This document shows, one piece after another, positions 1-12,626 of a stretch of 64,000 bases of DNA. Under the pieces are notes generated by a model that was not told where the DNA came from, ran no database searches, and saw nothing but the letters and a program-made list of their open reading frames with translations. A program made the position numbers and the translations under genes. Each line of letters starts with the position of its first letter. The stretch's first letter is position 1. Source of the DNA: Phoronis australis (taxonomy: Eukaryota > Animalia > Phoronida); assembly GCA_002633005.1 (NCBI GenBank), contig NMRA01000107.1:725169-789168 (forward strand), read 5' to 3'.

Positions 1-98
1 ACTATCACTGATCACTGTTTGGGGGGGGGGTTGCCATTACTCAAGACTGCGAATTAATGAAATTATTAATATTTTAAGTTGGAATTATTCTTTTTAAA
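1..98 (+). repeat. Dispersed repeat end, also at 52960-53052
   Basis: ~95-bp homology ending GGAATTATTCTTTTTAA in both copies (TTAA-terminating, Kolobok-like end). Confidence 0.7.
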
Positions 99-2776
99 GT
101 AACTACTTAACCAGGTGTTATTGGTAGAATAATTAGGCAGAATGGGGCTATATTTTATCGAAGAAAAAACACAAATGAATGGTTTTTATTAATAAGAACT
201 CCAAATAGCTACTGAATACCTCATTAAGTCCACATAAGTGCAATCAAACATGACTCACAACTAATTTGTGCCGAAGAGAAATAAAGCATAATTATTGTTC
301 ATATTTAAATCGACTAAAAGGTTCAAAATATCACAAGATGTATGCAAGTTACACAAAATTTTTGACAAACGCCTCCTAGAAGGCCAAATTCCTCAATGGT
401 AATTGTAAAATTGAAAACGGATTATCTTTGAGGTAACAAAACACGTGTGGAAAGCAAAATATATACTTTCCCTGAACTCCAGTTTGTGAACGGCAATGTA
501 CATATGCATATGTGGGCCGATTAAAATCAGACTGTTCTAGTTCGGTAGTCCTAAGAACCACGAGTCCGAAGATTATCCTCTGTCACAGCGCCACATTTAT
601 GGACATGTCGTAGCAACAAGTGAGAAAGAGTGTAGGTCGAAGGTATGAAATCACGATATTCAGGTTTGTAAGTTCAACAAAAATTAATCAATACAAAGAC
701 CACACACGCCGGAGAGTTCATCGGTTCCAAAGCTAAAAGCTTCAATTTTCACAAGAGGTAATGAACAATGATTTCGAGCAAAATGTTCAGTGATTTATGT
801 CTACATGCCTGTGTGAAATTCGTTATTCGAAGAACCAGTGACTCTCGAAAAGGATCCTAACAAATTTCGGCAATGTGCAATAAACTGTAATTATGAAGCA
901 TTTTCAAATGTTCGTTTACCACCACTAAAATTTTGTTGCTGTCGATGACTTTGAATTACTCGTCTCTAGTCTCTTAAACCCTCAGACTAGTTTCTAACTA
1001 GCTAATTTTAGATTTTAAAGGTTTTGTTAACAGTCGTTTTTTATAGGGTCTTTTAAGAATATTTTCATTTGGCGGATTATGGGCCTTCGGATTTGTGAAC
1101 GTTTGGAGTATCGAGCGGTACCCTATTTATTCTAACTTAATGTACTATGACACTCAAGCAACATTAGATTACAATCTTAATTCTAGTTTTCGGTTGTTGA
1201 TTTTCATCTTACATTTTTCTTCTTCCGTTATGCTTATCCGTGGGTCGCAGCATATTGTTGGGGTTTGGGGTATGGCGCGTAAACAGAAAAAACGTGTATC
1301 AAAAAAGAAGGAATACAAATACTCGACAAATCAACGATTGTTTTCAATTTTCCAATCGGAGACTAATCAGTCCTTATCTCCTCCTCGTCAGTAATCGATC
1401 ACCGGAACCACTGTACTCCATTTGATTGTGTCATCTGCAGAGTAATTCAATTAACACTATGCAACGTGCATTTTGCGACTTCGAATGTCATTTGAGTTCA
1501 TTCATGCTGTCTTTCATAGTATGTTAAGGCTCCTGTGAGTATGTTCGTGCAATTGTCAGTCGGGATTAGAAAGAGCGTTAGCGTCAACGCGAATGTACCA
1601 GCAGGAAAGTAACATATGTCTTGTCCAAGCAAATGATAATGCACTTCTTGATGGATGGATAGATCTTTCCATTGAAATTCATGTGCGTCCTCACTACTGA
1701 AACTCTAGTACATAGGAGTACAACCCACAGTACAACTAAAATACAACGAAATGCACACCACACGGTTGTCCTCGGCAGAGAACTGTAACAGGAATTCCCA
1801 GACAAACCAAAATGTGACCAATAACAGAACTTACACACCTGTATCACCCTGCATGCATCGGATAAGCTACCATCTCGCGGTACGCACCCTCACGACATTG
1901 GTTGCAATCTGACACAACACGTACGCCGTCTCACAAAGAGGAAAGTTCCAATTGGTCATTCAATTTCTCCTCGGATGGGGTTATTCCACTTTTCAATCAG
2001 TACTGAGCACATACATACCATTGTACAAGAAATCATTTGAAGTAAATCAGAAAAAATTATCAAATTGCAACTGCTGAAGAAGATATTTACAAATTCAACC
2101 AAGCCAGCGAAGTACAACAACCCGATAACCGCGTCGTTACACCATCCAAATCAACAAGCCCGTCTTCTGAAAATACTACGTACTGCAAGAATGTTCTCTA
2201 TGGAAATCGTGCTATATGTGACCCTGCAGTGAATGAGGCCGGAGAGAGCTCGGTGGGAACTGCGTATGAACGGTATACTTCCAAAAACTAAACCACATGG
2301 AAGTACAACGAAGTAAGATAACGGTAGTTCGACAGTATTGATTCGTGGACACAGATTTGCCCTAGTGCTGGCCCGTAGTCGGACAGGGCGGGGCTTCGGG
2401 GGTGCGATTTACCCCCTTGCGGAAAAGGTCCAGCCCCAGCATATCCATTGGGCAGAGGATATAGGTGAACAACAATATGAACAAAAATTTTGTAGCTATT
2501 ATGATATTACTAACTACTATGCAAGTTGGTGATAATTTCAAATTTGGTCACGGTTCTGAATCGAAGTGTTTTACATAATCACTTCAGCCGTACGCGGCCA
2601 ACTTCGCCAAGTGACCACGTGATTGCGTGGTAGTTCGTGCAGATGACGCTTTATGTAACTGACAGCAAGGAGTGTAGTAGTATAGGAGAGTTCACTTGTG
2701 AGTTCGCTGTTACCGCTACTACTAGCGCCGCCAAGTGATGAACAAGCAACAGTCAACCAGGAAGTGCCAAAACAAT

Positions 2777-2873
2777 TTGGAAGGACGCATTATGCAGTGC
2801 GATAAATTGCACTAATTCATCCACGACAACCCCAGACGTGTCGTTTTTTTAGGTTTTCTAAGGATCCGGAAAG
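2777..2873 (+). pseudogene. Degenerate THAP zinc-finger first exon (DNA transposon derived)
   Basis: ..NCTNSSTTTPDVSF(fs)RFSKDPER followed by donor GTAAGT; frameshifted; next to an assembly gap. Confidence 0.55.
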
Positions 2874-3100
2874 GTAAGTATTATATGTTATTCAATAATA
2901 TAATACATTGTCTTTCATTATGTGTGTTCTGTTCACAGTTGTTAGACAAGTCGATCGCACGTCCCGGTGCCACTGTCTGTTGTTTGCAGTGTAGGCTAGG
3001 CCTACTGGTCAGCCGGCGGAAGGACTACTGATTAACGTACGATGTTATCGTCTGCTTTTTGGATACTTGCAGTCCATGTATTCCAAATCAAAATGTCACT

Positions 3101-3512
3101 NNNNNNNNNNNNNNNNNNNNNNNNNNNNNNNNNNNNNNNNNNNNNNNNNNNNNNNNNNNNNNNNNNNNNNNNNNNNNNNNNNNNNNNNNNNNNNNNNNNN
3201 NNNNNNNNNNNNNNNNNNNNNNNNNNNNNNNNNNNNNNNNNNNNNNNNNNNNNNNNNNNNNNNNNNNNNNNNNNNNNNNNNNNNNNNNNNNNNNNNNNNN
3301 NNNNNNNNNNNNNNNNNNNNNNNNNNNNNNNNNNNNNNNNNNNNNNNNNNNNNNNNNNNNNNNNNNNNNNNNNNNNNNNNNNNNNNNNNNNNNNNNNNNN
3401 NNNNNNNNNNNNNNNNNNNNNNNNNNNNNNNNNNNNNNNNNNNNNNNNNNNNNNNNNNNNNNNNNNNNNNNNNNNNNNNNNNNNNNNNNNNNNNNNNNNN
3501 NNNNNNNNNNNN
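3101..3512. other. Assembly gap
   Basis: 412 N; further gaps at 28625-28652 and 30577-30608, single N at 9202, 18106, 30232. Confidence 1.
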
Positions 3513-5439
3513 TAAGGAAAGATAATTTGCCTTGTTAAGAACTCAAACATGAAACAAAACCGTGATAGATTTTGAAGGGAGCTTCAAAAGAATAAAAACA
3601 AATACACTTTAATATTGATTAAAATACACATTTTCATTCTCATTCGATTATAAGTGGATGTTAGTTTACGTATTCTAACCATTTTCAATCACACAGTAAT
3701 TTTATTGCACGTTGAACGTCATTAAAGTATGAATTCATCAGTGTTTACATTGTTCGGACTGCGCTCCTAAGTAAGTATTGATTATTCACCGCTTGGAGCG
3801 CTAGTGTTTCGACCGGTAACCATTGCGGCGAATGGTAAAATGGCGGAGTGAACTCTCCTATACTCGTACACTCCTTGGTGACAGTCATAAGCCACCGACT
3901 ACAACGTTGAACGGGCGTGATCACTGTACTGGCAGTTATAGAAGCGAGAGGTCCCGAAAAGTAGTATGTGAATGGCTTAAAATCGATCAACCGACAAAAT
4001 AGCAGAAGATAAGTTTGTGAATCTGATTCTTCGGTATTGTTGCCAGCATAGTGATGTGCAGGCTTTTTGAATTTTCGAATTGAAAGTGATAGTCGAATAT
4101 GTTGTTTATCCAATACAGGCTTTGGTTGTGGATTGCTAGATTGATATACATGTGGTGCACCGACGTGCAGACTTCATAGAAGCAACAAACTTTATGGAAG
4201 AGATTTCCAAGTTTATATCACTGCTCCTAAGGTTCAACATTGCCAAACTACGTTCACAAGTCCGACAGTTTGCTATGTCTGCTAATGAGGCGGAACCAAC
4301 ATTCATAAGCTATTGTATTTGTGTACGTTTAATAACCATTTAAAGGATGCGAAGAAGTTAAATAGTTCTTGAAACATTGATTGACTGTTTGCAAATGACC
4401 TCAGTTCCAATCACTCACAATCGCGATTCTTGAATCTAAAACGACTCATTTTCTAACAGGGACAACGTCTGGGGCACGCGGATAATTTATTTTATTTCTG
4501 GGTTGCGGCGACTTACGGGCGGCATTAAATTTGTGTCTAAACCGAAATGTGTGTTTTTGCATATGGAAATATAAAACTTACAACTAAGTCCGAAATTTCA
4601 CACATTTTCGGGGTAGTGGATCTTCGAAGTAGTGAACATTTTGAGCAATGTCTTCGGAGTAGTGGCCTGTAATCATTTCCAACGCTATGAGCAACTTAAG
4701 TAACCTGACAAAAAATTCTACAAGTCATTCTCTAACTAAATGTTTCCGTCCGAGTATGTAATGGAGTACAATCACTCATATTTAAAAGCACAAGTGCTTC
4801 GAAAGTTCGATTTGGTCGGGAGCCACCATTTGTTCGGCACATTTCAACCAAACACAAAAAAACGGCGTTACGATGAAAGACTCGCCACATTGTTAGGGCA
4901 TTTGCAAATTTTACAAATAACGAACACAAACTGCTTTCATCCTAGGACGAGTAATGCCAAGCCTTCATCCCCGGCCCAAATCGAGTGCTACGGCGCGCAA
5001 TCTTATGCACTGTGTTTAGACCGTGCTCATTCGGTCATGACAGTAGTAAACTCGAGTGACCCAGGTTTACTGTGGCCTTTGTAACTATAAGTGTCTGTTT
5101 TGCATCATAATTGTCCAGTTCTCGCTCAAAATCGTTCTCGTCTTCTGATCTGCTGTGTTCCAATATTGCAATTGATTGTCAAGTGACCAAACGTCTTTCG
5201 CCCATTACATCATTTGGCGGAAAACTTGGAAATAATTGTTTCTTCAAAATTTAAAAAAAATCGCTACTGTCTGGTATAAAAAGTGATTATTTAGTTTGAT
5301 TTTATGGTATTTATTTTATATTAGCTAACTGAAACCTTAAAAACTAAAAATGCGTGGTGGGAACTCTTTAAAATTTCGAACCACCGTCCGCGCAATGCTG
5401 GCTACGGGCCTGTAATGGTCCTGTTATAGCCCCATAATT

Positions 5440-6117
5440 GTGCCTTTTGAGGGTTAGGTTAGACGTTCCAATTAAGTGAGGTGGGGTTTGCGGACAGAGT
5501 TTTTCTTGACGTCTTTGATATAGAAATGGTACTCTGAGACATAGATTATCTGGGTGCAGTAAAGCTCTCACGTCTGGGTGATATATTTTCAGGCACAATT
5601 TGGCACTGAAAGTTATACATGAAGCCGTTGAGTGTGCAGTGATTCTATCAAAAATATCCAAATACAAAGATTGCCAGTCAGGGGGCTGCAAGTTCCACCA
5701 GTGTTAAGTGACCAGCTACTGCTAAGAGTCACTGTACAGTTCGAATAGACAAGACACTTCCAGAGGGATTACTCTTGTCTGGTTTGCGTCATGATGTGGT
5801 GCTGGTCGATGGAGAGAGAAAACATCTTGTTCTTGGTGAACTAAGAGTTGCATGGAACGAAGCTTTCTGCGAAGCTTATACATGTAAGCGTAAGCTGTTA
5901 CGGTAAGCAGAACTGCAACAGAAATCCAGATGAAAGGTTACGGCTGTGACCTGATTCCACTTGAGGTGGGAAGTCTCGGTTTTCCGTCATCATCTTTATG
6001 GAGGTTCCTGGAGGTGGCTGGTGTGAACCATTCCAGGAAGGTGTTCCTGGTGTGGGGGAAGAAGGCTTTGGACGGCAGCACGTGGATTATGGGGGAAGTA
6101 CAAGTCCGACAGTACTA
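5440..6117 (+). mobile_element. 3' fragment of an RLE-type non-LTR retrotransposon (HERO-like)
   Basis: GTLRHRLSGCSKALTSG*YIFRHN (CCHC knuckle remnant); LRHDVVLVD..LGELRVAW; GYGCDLIPLEVGSLGF..ALDGSTWI (PD-(D/E)xK endonuclease); multiple stops. Confidence 0.75.
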
Positions 6118-9100
6118 AACATGGAGCCAAGATCTATCCACCCACCAAGTTTTATTTTCATAACTTCAGAACCTTGAAAATATCCTACTCGTGGTTAATA
6201 TATTGGAGATAGAATCTCTTACTGGTTCCTAGATTGCAGTAAGTCTAGCAACCTTGAACGCCAGGCTATGTGCCAATGGTCATAATTGAGGGAAAGGTAT
6301 TTCAGTCCAACAATGAATTTTTTCATTCGAGTCCCTCGATACTAACCAATAATAAAGACGCGTCCACGAAAATTTTACCTCAATAATTCTTAACACTGTT
6401 CTAATGATACCTTCCGTAATAATGACAGACCAAACCCATTTTTCTTGATTGGCTATGTACGGTGTGATCCTGAAATTTCGAGTTCGCGCACGGCTCTTCC
6501 CTAGCGATATTGAGATTAAGCGCTTATTCCTAAGTCACGCACAGCGAATCCACATGCTTGTCGAGGCGAAATGGATGCTAATAGTTCTGAAAGAAATTAA
6601 CTATTCCTGTCTTTTACAAAAACAACAGGTTGAAAAAATTGTCTTAACTTGAATTTTATTTCAGGACCACTGAATAATAATTTGCCAACATTCCAGCATT
6701 TTGAGATTCGTGTATATATGTCCGTGGGTGCAATAAGATGGTGGTCATACCTCCTAAAAGTTATATTCATACGCCAGCTTTTTATTGTCTTCAATGTAAA
6801 ATTCCTTAAAACACATACGAAAAACGGCTTGATAGTATTTTCGCGTATTTTATAGGTGGAATTATATAAAAAGTCAACAGAAAAATGTATTAAAATGTAT
6901 TTTTAAAGTTCATATTCGACGCTAGCAATAATTGCACAGCATTACATGACTCGGGCTGATAGTCGAGCTCAGACGAACAACTGTTCATATAAGAAGTTGG
7001 CCGTGCTCTAGATTTACGACCAGATAGTTGACCCGACTTGATGTGAAAACTTGGTGACTGATCGGAAACGATTTTGCCTGAGAGTCTTTCAAGTATGAAT
7101 GACCACGCCTGACCGGTTAGACTTTGGTGGCCGTCCCCCGCCTGCCCTTTGCAGAAGACGACGTACTTCTGAAACCTACAGCAATGACCGATTAGCGGCA
7201 CTTTTCTCGGGACTTAGAAAATACCTACTTATGAAATCAACAGCAAAAAAACGCTGCATTTTTCGGTACTGAGAAAAGTTTTCAAAATCCACACAGGCCA
7301 AACCGGCGACCTGGATGTGAGGCGGCCACGCGGGAGCTTGCTACACCGCCCAGCATGCACTAGTTTTAATTTCGGGATGTATGCTTGCCGAGATTGTTAT
7401 GGGACAAGTTTGTACAAGAAACGCGCGTGGTGGTAGGAATGGCACTCTGGCACTCAGTACATTGATACGTTACACTCATGTCCACGGAGTAAGGAACATT
7501 CAATTACAGTCGCGTTTCTTCATTTTCTCGTTATTGGGATATTTAATTCACGGTTGTGATATGCAGTGCTACAAAAAGCTAGCTTAATGATGCTGACACT
7601 GTAGTCATTTGTTAAAACAAGGTAATTGGTGGTTTTAAGCACTTTGATGGTTGGTTCTTACAGGTGTAGCTGTATTTTGACGATAATCTTCATACGGCTA
7701 GCTGGTTGGTCATTGTTTAGTATGACGTCATCTGGAAATCTGATGTCGCGCGTTATTTTCGAACGATAAAATAACAAAGAAAACGAAGGCGAAGTCGAAA
7801 TTGTTCAAATTAAATAATCTGCTACATGAAACACCAAATCATATTCTAAAATTTACAGGTTCATTTTCGTCCTAATGAATGTATGACTTACAGTTGTTTG
7901 GCAAACTGTGCCCAAACCCCTTATGTAGAAACTACCACATTTACAAGCATCACGGAAAGGTCGCGTGGAAACCAATTCACGATGACACATTATCGAAAGT
8001 GTAAAGATGTGCTTTCGCGAATCATGTTTAGCGATTTGTTGCCAAGTAAGGAGGAAAAATTCTAGAGGTGATGCTTCCCACATTGACTTCCAATCACCTC
8101 TAGAGGCCGCATTATGGAGAAGAATCCATCACGAACCCGCTGACAGTACTGCTTGTTGGTCTACAACTAGATTCCTATTGCCACCATCTTTGTTCACAAA
8201 CAAGCTGTCGTGGAATGAAAACGAAACGCGCTGAAGAAGATTATCAAAAGCAAGGAAAAGGGTGAGACAGATGAATCAATAAATTTTTTGGGTAATCGAA
8301 GAGTTATGTGGAGAAAAAGTGCGACCCAATACTTCTCGGTTGCGGAAACTATGGCAGGGTTTATCTGGTAAAAGACGATACAGATAAAATGTTCGCATTG
8401 AAAAGCTTCGTTTAAGTCCTTCTCTCACGCGTTGTTAACCCTTATTACATGGTTAGAGGATATTATATGAAGTACCTACCCCATAAATAATACACGATTC
8501 GTACTCGAAAAGAGTTTAAATGAACACGCCACTCACGATTCGCACCCCAAGAACCACCGCTTTTTTGAACTTGCCGTGAACCCGGATGTACAATTCATTC
8601 AGGAACCCAGGCCGAGAAAACGCCGTCAGTGCGACTGGAGAAGTGCCTGTACTGTTACCAGCTAGCAAACGGGGATAAAATAATCAATAGCTCGCCTTAA
8701 TTTTAATATCAAACTACGGACAATTTTATCGAATTTGCTGAAGAAATGGGGCGAATAAATTTTGACAGAAATTATTTTGCCAGACTCGGGACCGCAGCCT
8801 ATCGGACCCGGTGCGGATCGAGACCAGACACTGGCGAACGATAAATGCATGCGGTTGCAAGCTGTTTTGTCGAAGTAAAATGGTCAAATCATAAATGCTG
8901 CATATATTCAAGGGTAGTTTCAGACACTTGCATGAAATTACGGGCTGGTTAGTCCTGTGTCATACTGCCGCGGCAGACCTTAGTTAGCCTCAGTCACCAG
9001 CTACCAGTTAAGACTATCGTCAAAATACAGCTTGTTAGTAGGCCTATAGAGCTTTGCGCCAAGGCTACCCTTAGGCCTAACTGGTCGCTGGCCACAGCGC

Positions 9101-10179
9101 TCGCTCAAACGAGGTTTATTTAGAACTTGGGTACTTCTGGCGAACTGTGCAAAGTTGTTGGCTTTCAATAGAGATTTTCCCAGACTTTGTATGAGCGCAC
9201 CANAATTCGAATATATCTTATATTTTTGCACAAAAAACACAAAAATTGAACAAAGTTTCTTCTTTGTAGCAACGTTTGTCAAAATTTATCAACGTTAAAT
9301 CTTCACAAATTACAAAGTAGCCGATTGAACATGCCTTTCAGTTCAGCAAAAGTCGCCATGTTGTCGGTGCCGCCAGAAATGAGACGAAGTCCAAAGGGAA
9401 TTTTGAGCACATTTATCACTTAATGAGTAACAACTGCGAGGCTGAAATTTGGTGAACACTGTTAAATCGTGCAGAATAGTAAGTAAAGACATGTCTACCT
9501 AAATTTCACCGTAATTTGTTGGCGAAAACAATTTACACAAAGTTTTAAACTCGTAACTTATCCCGCTGTCCTCCAATATGGCGACGCGATCCAAACAAAG
9601 TGACCCAAATTTCGCCACAAAACTTGCAATAACTTTACACTGCTTGCCCCGATTTTGATACTTTTTCGATTTTTACTGAGTAGAATGCACTACCTTTCCG
9701 ACGATAGTAAAGTACTTTTTCAAAACGAGAAAAAAATAAAACCGAAAAAAAATAGGTTCGACCCATATTGGTTCCTAGGTTCGACCGGCCTACGTAAGGA
9801 ACTAAACACCAATGCTATTTTAACATACTAAGTACGCGTAACATTCCAAAAAACATCACCGACCACTAACTACAAACTATAAATACACTACATATGCAAA
9901 CGAATCACGAAATATTACTAACAAAACAAAATAATGAAGACTTTTCGAGCAAGCGATAGCACAATCAGTTACAAGGAAAAATGGCGGCTTCCAGGACAAG
10001 TTCCTGAACTGATGAACCGGAAATGTGGGTACGGAAATAACCGATGACATCCGGTAGTCATACGCTCAGAGAGAAGAGTCAATTACTGTTCAAAAATCGC
10101 TTTTGGCAAGAAAGGCGAAAAGAATATAAAGAAAGGGTGTCGAAAATAAGATTTTATGTAGTAAGTATTTTCGGATACT

Positions 10180-10919
10180 GGAACCACATGGGCAGTTTGA
10201 GAGAAGGACTTTAAAGGAGCTAATGATAAACAGAAGCGTTCTCTGGAGCACGTTTTCCGAGAAGCCTTTAATATGGTCCAGGTCAATGAGGTAGGAGTTG
10301 GGCCACGCTTTTATGATATGTTTCCACTAGATGAAGGCGACAGTTTTTTGGATTGTGGTAAACTAATGGAATTTTACGAGACCCAGCGAAAAATGAGGCG
10401 ACAGAACTTGGCAAGTTTCTACAGGACGAAGCGCATAATAAGGAAACGGGTGGCACTACGGTTGACTGCATGCAATGGATATCTATCGTTTTTGGCATTG
10501 TTCGTCAACTGCAAGCCACCGACGTCACAGGACTTGCCATCAAAGATTTGTGCATGGAAAACGTTTTAGTGAAGCTGGAGGGCATTGGCGTTCAACCTGT
10601 CATCAATGACTTTGGGGAGTCGTCCATCACAATGAAATCTTCACGATGGTTGCTGCGATCAGCACGCAACTCTATTGACTACTCCAAACAAATATTTTTG
10701 TTAGGTGTGATATTAAAAGAGATTGAAACGATGCTGAAAACGAGAATCTTCTCTGACATGTTTGAAGAGGCCATGTCTGAAAACGTAGCTAAAAGGCCAA
10801 TCGTTAATGCGTTAATCGCAACTTTAGAATCAAAGTATCATCACTTTGATGATTCAGCAAAATTACAGAAAAGAAAAAGAGAATTAGACAAAGAGTATGG
10901 TAACACAAGTCCAACTTGA
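10180..10919 (+). pseudogene. Intronless degenerate protein kinase-like sequence
   Basis: AV*EK (beta3), FREAFNM..GVGPRFY (alphaC), LMEF (hinge), frameshift ~10470, IKDLCMENVLV (catalytic loop), INDFG, QIFLLGVIL (alphaF). Confidence 0.7.
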
Positions 10920-11547
10920 CCGACAACAATGACAGTCGATGATAGGCCCATGTTACAATCGCTTTCTTTCACGCATGCGTGAAGCCATGATGATTTCCAA
11001 CATACAAGGCAAAATTGGCAAAGCAAAGTTTCCAGTGAGGTACGCTCAACACCAACAACGCGACGTTAAGCAATGTCTGTTCAGGCAACCAGGCATTTAT
11101 TGTCAGTTTATTAGTTGTTGCAACTAATCCCAGAGTGGGAACATCTTGATAAAAATTTCTCCCGTAGGCGAGGAGAATGTGGGTGTGAGCCACTTTTTAA
11201 CGGCTGTGCAGATGAAATGGAAAACGGTCAATCTCGTGACACTACGAAAATGTATTGATCAACCAATAAGCAAAACACAAACGAGAAGGAGAGGAACTCG
11301 TAAAAACACGTTAAACGATTAGTATTGTTTAGTGCCTCCTTCCTTTTGTTTATTCCCCAGTTGAAGGGCATCCAACTGAAAGGAAAGAAGAATGAATCAT
11401 TGGATTATTTTGCTTTCAAAAGTCTTCATATTTAGAAATTAATTTGATACACTTATAGATACAATATATCACAGAGTCAATTAAAACTAACCTAAGACTC
11501 TGTGCTCCGTTAAATACAGACTCTGGTTGGAAGTCTTCATGAATACA

Positions 11548-12393
11548 TATAGATTATTACAAGGCGAAGTCGTTATCCCCCGTTATCTAGAGCTCGAGTG
11601 GATTTTGGAGAATTAGCGTTAGCGCCGAGGGTGATAATTCTCCAAAATCCGCGAGGGCTCTAGATAAGGGGGATAACGACTGAGAACATGTAATAAACTA
11701 TTTATACCACATACTAAACGAGAAACATTGCAGTAAATCGATCTACCTTTCTCGACTCGCCTCGGCTTTGTAACTACTTTCTATGTCAGGGGCCCGGGGT
11801 TGGAGGTCGCGACCTTTTACGAAAAGCCGAGCTATTTTTGTCAAATAATGCTTATACTCAAAACCAATTGAAAATTTAACCAAAATAGAAATAAAGTGAA
11901 TATATGAATTAAGGTTTAGCAACTATTATAGCTTACTACACATTTTATCACGCTAAGCTTCGACCGGCAAAATACCGTCTGCTAAAGTAGGTTACCACCA
12001 GTAACTGACTATAATGCCCAAGTCAAAGGATCCCGACGACACGATACCCGCATTCAACTTCGAGATCGGTGATTTACTAGTGAGAGAACACAAGAAAAAA
12101 ATTTCACTGAATTAAAATATCGTTTTTATGGAGATTATGCGTCTTATTTTTCATAGCGTATAAATGTCGGCACAATGCCCTTTGCTGAACATGCGATTGT
12201 TGCGCGTGCTCAATTAAGTATTCTACATGTATTTTCACGTTCGATGCCGAGTTGTGTAGTGGTAACGTCGGCGACTCGAAACTCCTGAGGCACGGGTTCG
12301 AATCCGGCCTCGGTTTCCCGCCAAAATGTTATCTCACTTTATGGGTTATTACACGGTTGTATCTGCCATTCGAGGCCAAAATTATGGTATAAA
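11548..12393. mobile_element. Non-autonomous hairpin-terminated DNA element (Crypton-like organisation, tentative)
   Basis: ~46-bp inverted arms 11569-11615 / 11635-11680, extended by TTATTACA/TGTAATAA; short inverted repeat TTTATACCA (11701) / TGGTATAAA (12385-12393). Confidence 0.6.
12246..12314 (+). pseudogene. tRNA-like sequence (pseudo-tRNA or Pol III A/B-box cassette)
   Basis: GCCGAG..CTCGGT acceptor-like stem, TGTGTAGTGG A-box, GGTTCGAATCC B-box; anticodon stem mispaired. Confidence 0.6.
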
Positions 12394-12462
12394 GGTGCTT
12401 ATTACACATGGAGACAGTGTATCAGTGCTATGTGTAAGCAGTCAACGTACTCGACTATCGGC

Positions 12463-12626
12463 TTAAGGATATCCAGCTGCTCGACAAGAGGTACAGCAAT
12501 TTTCGTGAACATAACTCGACGTACAGAAGTACGGCGAACTCTGCACAAAGCCTGTGCAGTTTGCAATAACTCGCCGTCCACTGGAGTCAGTGATGGTGAC
12601 GCTGAAGCTTGCGTTGTCTCGGCAAC
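12463..12626 (-). CDS. Metalloprotease exon 14: PLAC-like six-Cys domain and stop
   Basis: cacctcctag|GCRDNASFSVTITDSSGRRVIANCTGFVQSSPYFCTSSYVHENCCTSCRAAGYP*; CxD..C..C..CCxSC pattern. Confidence 0.82.

Noticed and set aside
3032-3550. Four long ORFs in the ORF track
   Set aside because: They are translations of the N gap.
8061-8104. 12-bp perfect inverted repeat TCTAGAGGTGAT/ATCACCTCTAGA
   Set aside because: Isolated, with no U-tract or recognisable RNA motif; no function can be supported.
12246-12314. Functional tRNA-Ser(CGA) gene
   Set aside because: Anticodon stem is mispaired, there is no long variable arm, and it sits inside a repeat.
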